Assembly (NCBI GenBank): GCA_013265495.1
Contig: MU058065.1
Span: 186,001-250,000 of the forward strand
Length of the DNA: 64,000 nt
Direction of reading: 5' to 3'
Source of the DNA: Vicugna vicugna
Taxonomy: Eukaryota
In this document: positions 42,028-52,365 of the stretch, one piece after another
How the letters are laid out: each line of letters opens with the position of its first letter
Numbering within the stretch: the stretch's first letter is position 1
Position numbers and translations under genes: made by a program
Notes under the pieces: generated by a model
Database searches by the model: none
What the model saw: the letters and a program-made list of their open reading frames with translations, nothing else
Told to the model about the DNA's origin: nothing

Positions 42028-42535
42028 NNNNNNNNNNNNNNNNNNNNNNNNNNNNNNNNNNNNNNNNNNNNNNNNNNNNNNNNNNNNNNNNNNNNNNNNN
42101 NNNNNNNNNNNNNNNNNNNNNNNNNNNNNNNNNNNNNNNNNNNNNNNNNNNNNNNNNNNNNNNNNNNNNNNNNNNNNNNNNNNNNNNNNNNNNNNNNNNN
42201 NNNNNNNNNNNNNNNNNNNNNNNNNNNNNNNNNNNNNNNNNNNNNNNNNNNNNNNNNNNNNNNNNNNNNNNNNNNNNNNNNNNNNNNNNNNNNNNNNNNN
42301 NNNNNNNNNNNNNNNNNNNNNNNNNNNNNNNNNNNNNNNNNNNNNNNNNNNNNNNNNNNNNNNNNNNNNNNNNNNNNNNNNNNNNNNNNNNNNNNNNNNN
42401 NNNNNNNNNNNNNNNNNNNNNNNNNNNNNNNNNNNNNNNNNNNNNNNNNNNNNNNNNNNNNNNNNNNNNNNNNNNNNNNNNNNNNNNNNNNNNNNNNNNN
42501 NNNNNNNNNNNNNNNNNNNNNNNNNNNNNNNNNNN
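42028..42535. other. Assembly gap (508 N) inside the L1
   Basis: Run of N. Confidence 1.
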
Positions 42536-44708
42536 CTTCTTTAATTTCCTTCATCAATGGTTTATAGTTTTCTGTGTATAATTCTTTCACCTCCTTTGTT
42601 AGATTTATTCCTAGGTATTTTATTACTTTGGGTGCTATTTTAAAGGGGATTGTTTCTTTCCTTTCTTTTCCTATTGATTCATCATTAGTGTAAAGAAATG
42701 CAACTGAGTTTTGAACGTTAATCTTGTAACCTGCTACCTTGCTGAATTCTTCGATCAGCTCTAGTAGTTTTTGTGTGGACCTTTTAGAGTTTTCTATATA
42801 TAGTACCATATCATCTGCATATAGTGACACTTTTACCTCTTCTTTTCCAATTTGGATCCCTTTTATTTCTCGCTCTTGCCTGATTGCCGTAGCTAGGACT
42901 TCCAAGACTATGTTGAATAGGAGTGGTGATAGTGGGCAGCCTTGTCTTGTCCCAGATTTTACTGGGAAGCTTTTGAGTTTTTCACCATTGAGTACTATGC
43001 TGGCTGTAGGTTTGTCATATATAGCATTTATTATGTTGAGATATGTTCCGTCTATACCCACTTTGGTGAGAGTTTTTATCATAAATGGGTGTTGAATTTT
43101 ATCAAATGCTTTTTCTGCATCTATTGAGATGATCATGTGGTTTTTGTCCTTTCTCTTGTTGATGTGATGTATTACATTGATTGATTTGCATATGCTGAAC
43201 CATCCTTGTGTCCCTGGGATGAACCCCACTTGGTCATGATGTATAATCTTTTTTATGTGCTGTTGGATTCTATTTGCTAGTATTTTGGTAAGGATTTTTG
43301 CATCTATGTTCATCAGTGATATTGGTCTGTAATTCTCTTTTTTGGTAGTGTCTTTGCCTGGTTTTGTTATCAGGGTGATGGTGGCTTCACAGAATGAGTT
43401 TGGGAGTATTCCTTCCTTTTCAATCTTTCAGAAGAGTTTGAGAAGGACTGGTATGAGTTCTGTTTTGTATGTTTGGTAGAATTCCCTGGTGAAGCTGTCC
43501 AGTCCTGGACTTTTATTTGTAGGGAGGTTTTTTATTGCTAATTCGATTTCATTTCTAGTGATCCGTTTGTTCAAGTGGTCAGTTTCTTCTTGGTTCAGTC
43601 TTGGTAGACTGTATGCTTCCAGAAACTTGCCCATCTCCTGTAGGTTATCCATTTTGTTTCCATATAGTTTTTCATAATATTCTCATATGATATTTTGATT
43701 CTCATATGTTGTAATTCTATGCTATTTGTTGTAATTTCTCCATTTTCCTTTCTTATTTTGCTTATTTGTGCTCTTTCTTTTTTCTCCTTTGTGAGTTTGG
43801 CCAGAGGATTGTTGATTTTATTTACTTTTTAAAAAAAACAGCTTTTGGTTTGATTGATTTTTCTATTGTTTTTTAATCTCTATTTTATTTATTTCCTCTC
43901 TGATCTTTAGTATTTCCTTCCTTCTGCTAACTTTTGGGGTTTTTTTGCTCTTTTTTTTCTAATTCTTTTAACTGATGGGTTAGACTGTTTGAGATTGTTC
44001 TTTTACGAGGAAGGCCTATATCGCTATAAACTTCCCTCTTAATGCTGCCTTTGCTGCATCCCATAAAGTTTGTGTGGTTGTGTTTTCATTTTCATTTGTC
44101 TCAAGGTATTTTTTAATTTCAACTTTGATTTCATCATTGACCCTTTGGTTTTTTAATAGCATGTTATTTAATCTCTATGCTTTCCTTTTTTTCTCCTTTG
44201 TTTCTCTGTAGTTGATTTCTAGTTTCATGGCATTGTGGTCAGTAAAGATGCTTGAGACAATTTCTATCTTGTTAAAATTGTTGAGGCTTCTTTTGTGCCC
44301 AAGTACATGATCAATCCTAGAAAATGTTCCATGTGCACTTGAAAAGAATGTAAATCCTATTTTTTGGGGAAGTAATGCTCTGAAAATATCCACTAAATCT
44401 GTTTTCTATTGTATCATTTAATTTCTCTGTTGTGTTATTTATTTTCTGTCTGGAAGATCTGTCTAGTGATGTTAATGCGATGTTAAAATCTCTGACAATG
44501 ATTGTATTCCCATCAATATCCCCTTTATCTCTGTTAGTAATTGTTCTATGTACTTAGGTGCTCCTATATTGGGTGCATATATATTAACGAGTGTAATATC
44601 CTCATCTTGTATTACTCCTTTAATCATTATAAGATGCCCTTCTTTATCTTTCTTTATGGCCTTTTTTTTAAAGTCTATTTTGTCTGAAATCAGTACTGCT
44701 ACACCTGC
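42536..44708 (-). pseudogene. Disrupted L1 ORF2 (endonuclease/reverse transcriptase)
   Basis: ORF track gives MNIDAKIL...[10 protein letters not shown]...[15 protein letters not shown]...[18 protein letters not shown]...YADD. Upstream sequence is broken into short ORFs, with an in-frame TGA at 43428-43430. Confidence 0.95.
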
Positions 44709-45467
44709 TGTGCCAGTCTCTTTCGGTTACAGTTTCATCTTGCTTCTCGGTCCAACACACCCAAGCGAAAACAATGAGGCAGAAGCAAAAAACAGATACT
44801 AGTTGTCACTGATTTAGAAGAAAAAGAAGCTTGTTTCTAAGGTAAACTTCAGAACCCTATTCTGCCGCGTTTCTGCATTCTGACCTCAGAGGCTCAGTTC
44901 TTTCCACTGAGCAAATGATCAAGAAATCAGTTAGATGGGATTTCCTGTGAGCTGTAGATACATTTTACTTCAACATTTTGGGTAAAAAAGACCCATTATC
45001 ATTTATTTGCCTCTCAGTCTTACTCTCTTGATCTGATCCAAACCTTGGTATGGAAAAGAGTCATCCAGTGAATCAGTTGGTGTTCTTTGGTTGCAAGTAA
45101 CAGAAATTTCTCTGGTTACTATAAGCAGCAAGGATTTGGGCAGCTCTCAGAACCAGAGGGAAGCCTGGATGTCAGGGACAGAAAAAGAGAGAGACAGGCA
45201 GCTCTAGGGGGGAATAATTTTTTAATAATTTTTAAATAAGTTTTTAATAAGTAGGAGGAGTTAATTTTTTTCTCTCTACACTCAGTGTTGTAATCTCTTC
45301 AAATCCCAAGATTAAAATATACCTATAGTAGTCAGAATTCTAAGATGGGCTGTATGATGTCCCACCAATTAAGTATTAGTTGGTGTTCTCCAGAGAAATG
45401 CAATTGATAGGACATATAAATATATAAACACTATGTATGTGAGATAAATATACATATATATAATATA

Positions 45468-46545
45468 GTGTCTGATGTTTTCATCATAAGCATCTTTGTC
45501 ATAGACATTTTTGCCACAAACATCTACATCACCAAACTAATTGGCTGTTAGGCAATTTTGCCATAAAAGATAAAATAACTGATTGGATTTCACTTCTCCA
45601 TTGATGTGATACTCCTGTTTTTATATCACATAAGTCTTAGCCCTTCCACTGGTTGTACCGTGATGAGTGGATATGGTGGTCTTAAAATATTGGGTGAGAG
45701 CAACTATGGATATGGACGTGACAGAAAATACAGCGATAAAACCTACTGGAAACGTGAAATAAGAGACTGTTGAGTATGATTGCACACTACGAGGAAATGA
45801 TAATTTGTCAGTTTGAAATCCTTTGGTGATTTGAAGGCCCAGAGTTGAACCCTCATTTCTTGTAGACCTTTGGAATGTCTGTCAGTGGATGTGGGACAAT
45901 GTGCCAAGAACAAACAACAGTTTAGAGGCTTTCACAGGGCAATACAGAGCTCCATTTACAGATATGCACCGTAGTGATACCTCTCTTAATGAAGGAAGAA
46001 ATTTAACAAAAAAGAATAAGTGCTATGCTAAATGAGGAGACAAATCAACAAGCAAAAAAAAAAAGTATGAAGTACTATGAAGAAAAGACTTGGAAGGCAA
46101 ATGCTTAGGTATACCGACATGATAAAATAAGTTACTTGAGTTGTATTGCCACGAATCTACACACATGTTAAATGTATTCAAATATTTTATATTTTGCAAT
46201 CGAGTCATTTTAATTTTGTTATTCATTTCTCATGTTTCATGGCTCTGTCCTTTTGAGTGTTCCTTTAAACATTTTTTTTTGTGGTTTTATTTTTTTATGG
46301 CAGAACTGCCTTATGGCCAGTTAGTTACGTGGTGAAAATGTAAAGTCTTTTCAACTTTGTTATTTATTTTTTTCATGGTTCATTATGTCTTTTTTAATTC
46401 CCCTCATTTACTTTTTTGTTATTTTATCTTCTATGGTATAATTTTCTTACAGCCAATTAGTTATGTGGTGAAAATATTTGTAGCAAAACTGCTTGCGGCA
46501 AAGATACCTACAGCAAAGATACTTACAGCAAAAATACCCAGAATC
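45468..46545 (+). mobile_element. Non-autonomous Mutator-like (MULE-MuDR; Phantom/Ricksha-type) DNA transposon
   Basis: TIRs at ~45468-45579 and ~46418-46545 share 'aactaattggctgtWag..aattWt.ccata.aagataaaataac' and are built from ~14-15-bp subrepeats. Internal FLYWCH and MULE transposase remnants. Confidence 0.88.
45663..45975 (+). pseudogene. Transposase remnants: FLYWCH zinc finger joined by deletion to the MULE C-terminal segment
   Basis: From 45663: MSGYGGLKILGESNYGYGRDRKYSDKTYWKREIRDC*V*LHT. From 45841: RVEPSFLVDLWNVCQWMWDNVPRTNNSLEAF. Hand translation. Confidence 0.8.
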
Positions 46546-46819
46546 TATCTATCTATCTATGTATATATATATACACACATACACAAAGAGATTTATTATG
46601 AGAGACTGGGTCACATGATTGGGAAGCTGAGAAGTCACACCGTCTGCTATTTGCAAGCTGGAATCTCCAGAAAGTCAGTGATGCAATTCTAGTCCAAACT
46701 CAAAGTCTTAAAAACCAGGAGCACCCATATTCCAGCTCAAGACAGAGACCAAATTCACCCCTCCTCAGCCTTTTTGTTCTATTCAGACACTCAGCAGGTT
46801 GCATGATGCCTGCTTGCAG

Positions 46820-47307
46820 TGAGGTGGGAAGCCCCATAAAAAAGACTGGCAGGACCCCCAGGCAGGGCCACTACTCTCCTGCCAGCACCATCTGATTCCC
46901 TGGCCCAGTGGCTTTATCTCACTTTTTACCTCTGAAACAGCTAACTTCTAGGAAAGTGGAGCTCACTCCTGATTGGTCCATTTTCCTCACTCTTGATTGG
47001 TTATTTCTCTCCCCCCCCCCCGATTGTCCATTTCTACAAGCCTGTTCCTAATTAGTCAACTTTTGTTATACTTTATTTGCATATGATGTTGCAAAGTGTA
47101 AACTGGCAGCCTATAAAAGCCTGTGTAAACCTACAGACTGGGTCTAGAGCTTGGAGTGTTAACTCCTCTGGTCCCGCTGGCATAATAAACCTGAGTTCTC
47201 CAACTCTCGGAGTGCTGCTTGGTCTCTTGCCCGGATCCAGGTTGTTGTCACAACTGAGCTGTAACATGGACCTGTAACACTGAGCTGTAACACGTTTTTC
47301 TGCAACA
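46820..47307 (+). mobile_element. ERV1-type solo LTR (488 bp)
   Basis: TG...CA ends; 4-bp TSD gcag at 46816-46819 and 47308-47311; TATAAAA at 47112; AATAAA at 47184. Confidence 0.92.
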
Positions 47308-48019
47308 GCAGTGATGAGAGCCATCTTCTTTACTCAGTCTACCATGCAAGTGCTAATCTCTCCTGGAAATACTGTCACAGTGACACCCACAGGTAATGTT
47401 CCGCCAGCTCTCTGGGCATCCCTTAGCACGGTCAAGTGGACACAAAAATTTTGCCATCACACCCTGGTCTACAAACCTATGTTATCCTCTCCCCTTGAGT
47501 GTGGGTGAGATTATGAATATGATGAGACGTTACTACCAGGATCAGATGGCTAATCAGTTGACTTTAAGTTCATCAGAGGAGAGGAGTCTCCTAGGCTTTG
47601 TCTGATCAAATCAACGAGCTCTTCAAAGACGGCTGAGCCCTCTCTGGAGTGAGACATTTGATGGGAAAGAGAGTCTCTTGCTGACGTTGAAGCTGAAAAC
47701 TGCCTTGGACATGGCCACATGGCGGGGAGCTGTGGGTTCCTCCAGGAGCTGAGAGTGACACTGAGGAATAGCCCGCCAGAAAGCGGGTCCTCAGTCCTGT
47801 GGCTGCAAGGAGCTGAGTTCTGCCGTCAAGCCACGTCGGAAGAGGACCAAAGCCTCCCTGCAGCCCCAGCCAACACCTTGATTTCAGCCTGCGGGAGCCC
47901 AGGGAGCTTATTTAGCCACACTGTGTCTGGGCTGTTGAGGTAATAATTGGATATTGTTTTAAGCGGCTCAGTCAGTGGTCATTTGTTATGGGGCAATAGA
48001 AAATAAACGTATACCATCT

Positions 48020-49452
48020 ACATGCGGATGGCTCTGCAATTTATATTTCTGGTCCAGCTCTTCCTCCTGAACTTCAGTCTGACATCCAGCCACCTATGGA
48101 GCATCTCTACTTGGACGTCTAATAGACCTGGCACATTTAACATGTCCCCAGTGGGGCTCTCCATCTTCCCTTCTCCCAGCTCAGTTTCCCTGTACCCATC
48201 TTATGAAAAAATGGCAACTCAATTCTTACCATTGTTTAACTTACAAACTTTGATCCGTGTTTTACAGTCAATCCATCAGTTTGAAACTTCTGACTCAAGT
48301 TTCAAAATAGTTCCGGAATTGACCACTTCTCACTAATGCATTTGCTATCACTTTGTGCCGTGCCATCAGTGGGTTAGAAGCGAGTGCCATAGCTTCTAGC
48401 TGGCCTCCCAGATTTCTTCCGGGCGCTGTTACAGTCTATTTTTAACATGCCAACCTGAGTGGTGTTGTTAAAGGAAAGATCGGGTCACTCATCTGCTTAG
48501 AACCTTCCACGGCTCCACGCTAGGCTGAGTGATTAGTCCCGACTCCCTGTCTCTTTTGCCATATGAAGTCGCAGTCGCCCTCACTCCAGGAGAAGTACTC
48601 TGCCCCGCTCTTTGACTTGGGCTTGGCCACGGACTTGCTCTGGGCAAGTAGACAGAAGCGAGGAGCGGTGTGCAGAAGCCACAGTCGCCATGTGTTTGCA
48701 CTTGCTCTCCGTACCCTGCTTTCTCTGTGAGAACACTTCGTGGCTAGTCCAGTTGTTCAGAAAGGATGAGGGACACTTGGAGTAGACACAGGCTCCCCCT
48801 GCCACTTCGTGCGGTCCGGGTGAGCCCAGCCTAGACTGGGCTGGTTCTCAGCTGACCAGTGGGCAAGTGATTGAATTAATTAAATGCTTAAAGCATGTCA
48901 CTGAGGGTCTGGTTGTTTCTTTCCATACACAGCTGGTTGAGAGGCTCAGGAGCAAAGCCAAAGTACGTCCAATGGTACACGGTACAAGGCTCTGCTCGTT
49001 CTGTCCCCGTGGTAGCTCTGACCTCTTCCCTGCAGCTAACGCGCTGCACTCCAGGTGCCCTGGTCCTTGAGCTGGCCAAGCTCACTTCCACCCAGGCCTG
49101 TGCATTTATTTCCTTTGAGAGCTAGTCTTCTGGTTTGCTCCGCCACTGCCTTCGGGTTTTCACTCAAATGTCTGTTTGCTATTGCAGCTTTACTCATTTT
49201 CCCTCCCTGCCTCCCTTCCTCTGTCTATTTTTCTTACAGTGCTTTTTATTTATTTTTTAGAGTGCTTATCGCACTGCTACGTATTTTATTCATTTAGTTT
49301 TTAATGGTTGACACCTTCCCCCAGCCTCCACCACCTAGAATGTAAGCATCATAAGAGTAGGGACTTTGGTCTGATTTGTTCACTCCCAAATCCCTAGTTC
49401 CTGGAATGGTGCTCAGTATTAGTGACTGAATAAATGCTGGCATAAATGAATT
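48020..49452 (+). mobile_element. L2 fragments (48020-48520 and 49200-49452) interrupted by an MLT1-like piece (~48550-48900)
   Basis: 'catctctacttggacgtctaatagac', 'ctgcttagaaccttccacggctcc' and 'ctagaatgtaagcatcataagagtagggact...taaatgaattaa'. Confidence 0.7.
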
Positions 49453-50580
49453 AATTTCTCATCGTTTGAACAGGGAGCCACTTTTTTCTTCCTCATTCTG
49501 TATCATCTGCGGAAGAACCAATGTCTCAAGGAAGGATTACATCAGGCTTGGATCTCAGTTCTACTCCTAGGCCAGGGCAGAGCAAGATACCTTTATTCAT
49601 AAGTCCCTCCAATAGGGAGGGGGGGTTCCCACAAACAACTGGGCATAACCTAAAGCAGGGGGAGGGGATACAGGAAACCGGATACCAGACAGTGGTCATT
49701 TACGCCAGGCTTGAGTTAACTGTCTCCGTCCTCATACCGTGTTCTAGAGCTTCCATCTCAGTGCCTGCGGCTCACATTTTGAGAAACATCAGATGCAGTA
49801 TGACACATTGGGAAAGTCCTTTGAGAATCTCAAAGAAAGATGGGGAAATTGAGTCTGTTCTCCATGTGCAAGGGGAGGAGGGAACCCCATCTGAAGCCCT
49901 TGGATGAAGGAAGCCCTGGGGACCTGGGCTGGGAACCCACTCAGAATAGGGGGGATCCCCAGGGATTTCCAAGCCTTTCCTGGCTGTGGGCATCAGGAGC
50001 CGTGCTGGAGCCCTTCACCCCCACTCTGATCTTTTCTCTACCAGAGCCACCTTCCCAGGCCCCAGAGGTCCTGTGGACCTCAGCTCTTACTTCCTGGCTA
50101 GCAGGGAAGGGGTGAAAGGTGGCTTCCACCTGGCACCAGGGACGTGGGTTGGGACATGTATTCTTGCTGTGCCGAGTTGGACTCCCAGCAGCACTTCCTG
50201 CCGTTGCCCCTCATGTGCAGGTTGCTGTGACAGCCCTGCGCTTCAGCTATGCCAAGCACGTGACGGTCTTCTGTGGATCAGCTCCAGGACCCGACCACGT
50301 CGTGTGGAAAAGAGCATTCTGAGTGACAGAACACCAAGCATCTGACCTGCTTTTGGAAAACAGGTTGTTTGTAAGTTGGAAACTACACTTTTAGGGAAGG
50401 AAAATGACAGTCGTTCTAGGTAAAGTGATGCAGTGTTTAACAGTTTGCTGAGATTGACTTCCTTACCGTTCTTCTTGCCATTTTGATGTAAACATCAACT
50501 TTGGATGTCGGTCATGAAGCTGGAATATGGTCTTTGATTTGCACAATAAGAAACTTTTGTCCCATATGTGCCATAAACTT

Positions 50581-51131
50581 TTTTAAAAATTGAAGTGTAG
50601 TCAGCTTACAATGTTGTGTTGATTTTGTACAGCATCATGTTTCAGTCATATATGAGCATACATGTATTGTTTCATAGTCCATTATAGGTTACTACAAGAT
50701 ATTGAATATAGTTCCCTGTGCTATACAGTAGGAACTTGTTGTTTATATATTTTATATATAGTAGCTAGTATCTGCAAACCTCAAACTCCCAATTTACCCC
50801 TTCCCACTCCCTTTCCTCCTTGGTAACCATAAGTTTATTTTCTATGTCTGTGAGTCTGTTTCTGATTTGTAAATAAGTTTATTTGTGTCTTTTTTTTAGA
50901 CTCCACATATGGGTGATATCATATGGTATTTTTCTTTCTCTTTCTGGCTTACTTCACTTAGAATGACAACGTTCAGGTCCATCCATGTTGCTGTAAATGG
51001 CATTATTTTATTCTTTTTTATGGCTGAGTAGTATTCCATTGCGTGTGTATGTATATATGTATATGTGTGTGTATATCTCACATCTTCTTTACTCTGTCAT
51101 CTGTCAATGGACATTTAGGTTGCTTCCATGT
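50581..51131 (-). mobile_element. 5'-truncated L1 3' end
   Basis: Homologous to 41015-41545. TSD tgccataaaStt at 50569-50580 and 51132-51143. Confidence 0.92.
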
Positions 51132-51324
51132 TGCCATAAAGTTACCAGTGTGCCTTTACCATGCCTTCATCATACAATTATCCATCTTCAACACTTTCTG
51201 TTCAGTGGGAATAAATACACTTCTCATCCAGGTAGCTCATGGAAAAATTGATTAAGGAGGTGAAATTACATGAATAACTGTGAACTCTAGAGATCGTTGT
51301 TATTTAAGTTCATGTATTTAATGA

Positions 51325-51440
51325 AACGAGTATATGTCTGTATATGCATGACTGGGACACTGTGCTGCACACCAGAGATTGACACATTGTAACTGACGGT
51401 ACTTCAATTAAAAAACAACAACAACAAAACAAAAACAAAA
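51325..51440 (+). mobile_element. Very short L1 3' end with A-rich tail
   Basis: 'tatatgcatgactgggacactgtgctgcacaccagagattgacacattgtaactgac..tacttcaattaaaaaa'. Confidence 0.85.
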
Positions 51441-51831
51441 ACCTCCATTTCCTTAACCACAAAGTAAAAATATTCTATTTCCCAAGCCTGTGATGGCTCC
51501 AAGATGAGGCAGTAAGTAGAAAGCACTGATGCTTTTAGTGAATTCTGATCTTTCGTTGTTTGCTTTCATTTTTCGCTGGGCCGGGCAGGCCCCAGTGCCC
51601 ACACTGTGATGGGCCCCTGAGGGCTTCACACAGTGACTTCCCTGCTTGATCCTTGCAGACATTCAGATCGGCTGCCCCCTAAAAATACCAAGCTGAGAGC
51701 AGGATCCTTAAAACAAAGTTCATTTATTTAGTCTACATGTTGATAATGTGTTTATCGACTTGTCATCTTACTTACTGTTACTAGTTTCAGGCATTTAATG
51801 TTTTACTTCTAATTTTAACAGCATAGCTATT

Positions 51832-52005
51832 TCTTTTACATATATACTTATTGAAATGTAGTCAGTTTACAATGTTGTGGCAATTTCTGGTGTACAGCAC
51901 AGTGCTTCAGTCATATAGGAACATACATATATTCATTTTCATATTCTCTGTCACCGTAAGTTATTACAAGATATTGAATATAATTCCCTGTGCTATAGAG
52001 TATAG
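51832..52005 (-). mobile_element. Short L1 3' end
   Basis: 'ttgaaatgtagtcagtttacaatgttgtg..ttacaagatattgaatataattccctgtgctata'. Confidence 0.88.
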
Positions 52006-52204
52006 ATCTTTCTAAGTCATGGAAATTAAGTTTGGAGGGTCGGAGTATTCAAATAATGATAACAAAGTACCAGCAGTGGTGGAACAATAGTAATAATAAT
52101 AACAGTCATAGGAAACCTAGAAGTAGAGAATTTATTATGTGCTACAGACAGTGTCGTTCTGTTCCTTAAGCTTTCAAATCCGTTATTCTTCTCATGAGAT
52201 TCTT

Positions 52205-52365
52205 TTAGGTTTTAAAGTCAGATGAATGTGGGTCTGAAGCCCACCTCTGCCACTTAACTGGCTGTGTGATACCGGGCCAGTTACTTAACCTCTCTGCAAA
52301 GTGGGGCTAGCAATCCTTATCTCACAGGATCTTTGTGAAACTAAAGTTAAATGCAATGATGTATA
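52205..52365 (+). mobile_element. MIR SINE
   Basis: 'ctctgccacttaactggctgtgtga...agttacttaacctctctg'. Confidence 0.8.

Larger units (their letters stand above)
40957..44708 (-). mobile_element. Young 5'-truncated LINE-1 (ORF2 from within the EN domain through the 3'UTR and A-tail)
   Basis: Perfect 16-bp TSD tgtgccagtctctttc at 40941-40956 and 44709-44724. The 5' end encodes AGVAVLISDKIDF (EN domain). RT domain present; T-rich tail at ~40957-41018. Confidence 0.97.
45373..47461 (-). mobile_element. MLT2 (ERVL) solo LTR, interrupted twice
   Basis: 'gtattagt..tgttctccagagaaa' and TA tract, resumes 'gagatttattatgag..ctgagaagtc', and ends 'gtcaagtggacacaaaaattttgccatcaca'. Confidence 0.85.
45324..48013 (+). 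mobile_element. MLT1E/F-like LTR split into 45324-45366 and 47462-48013
   Basis: 5' part 'tagtagtcagaattctaagatgg...cccacc' continues as 'ccctggt...cctctccccttgagtgtggg' and ends 'atttgttatggggcaatagaaaa'. Confidence 0.75.

Noticed and set aside
41790..43313. Long ORFs of 263, 199 and 429 aa
   Set aside because: Their length is inflated by the N gap. The plus-strand ones are antisense to L1 and the minus-strand one is L1 ORF2.
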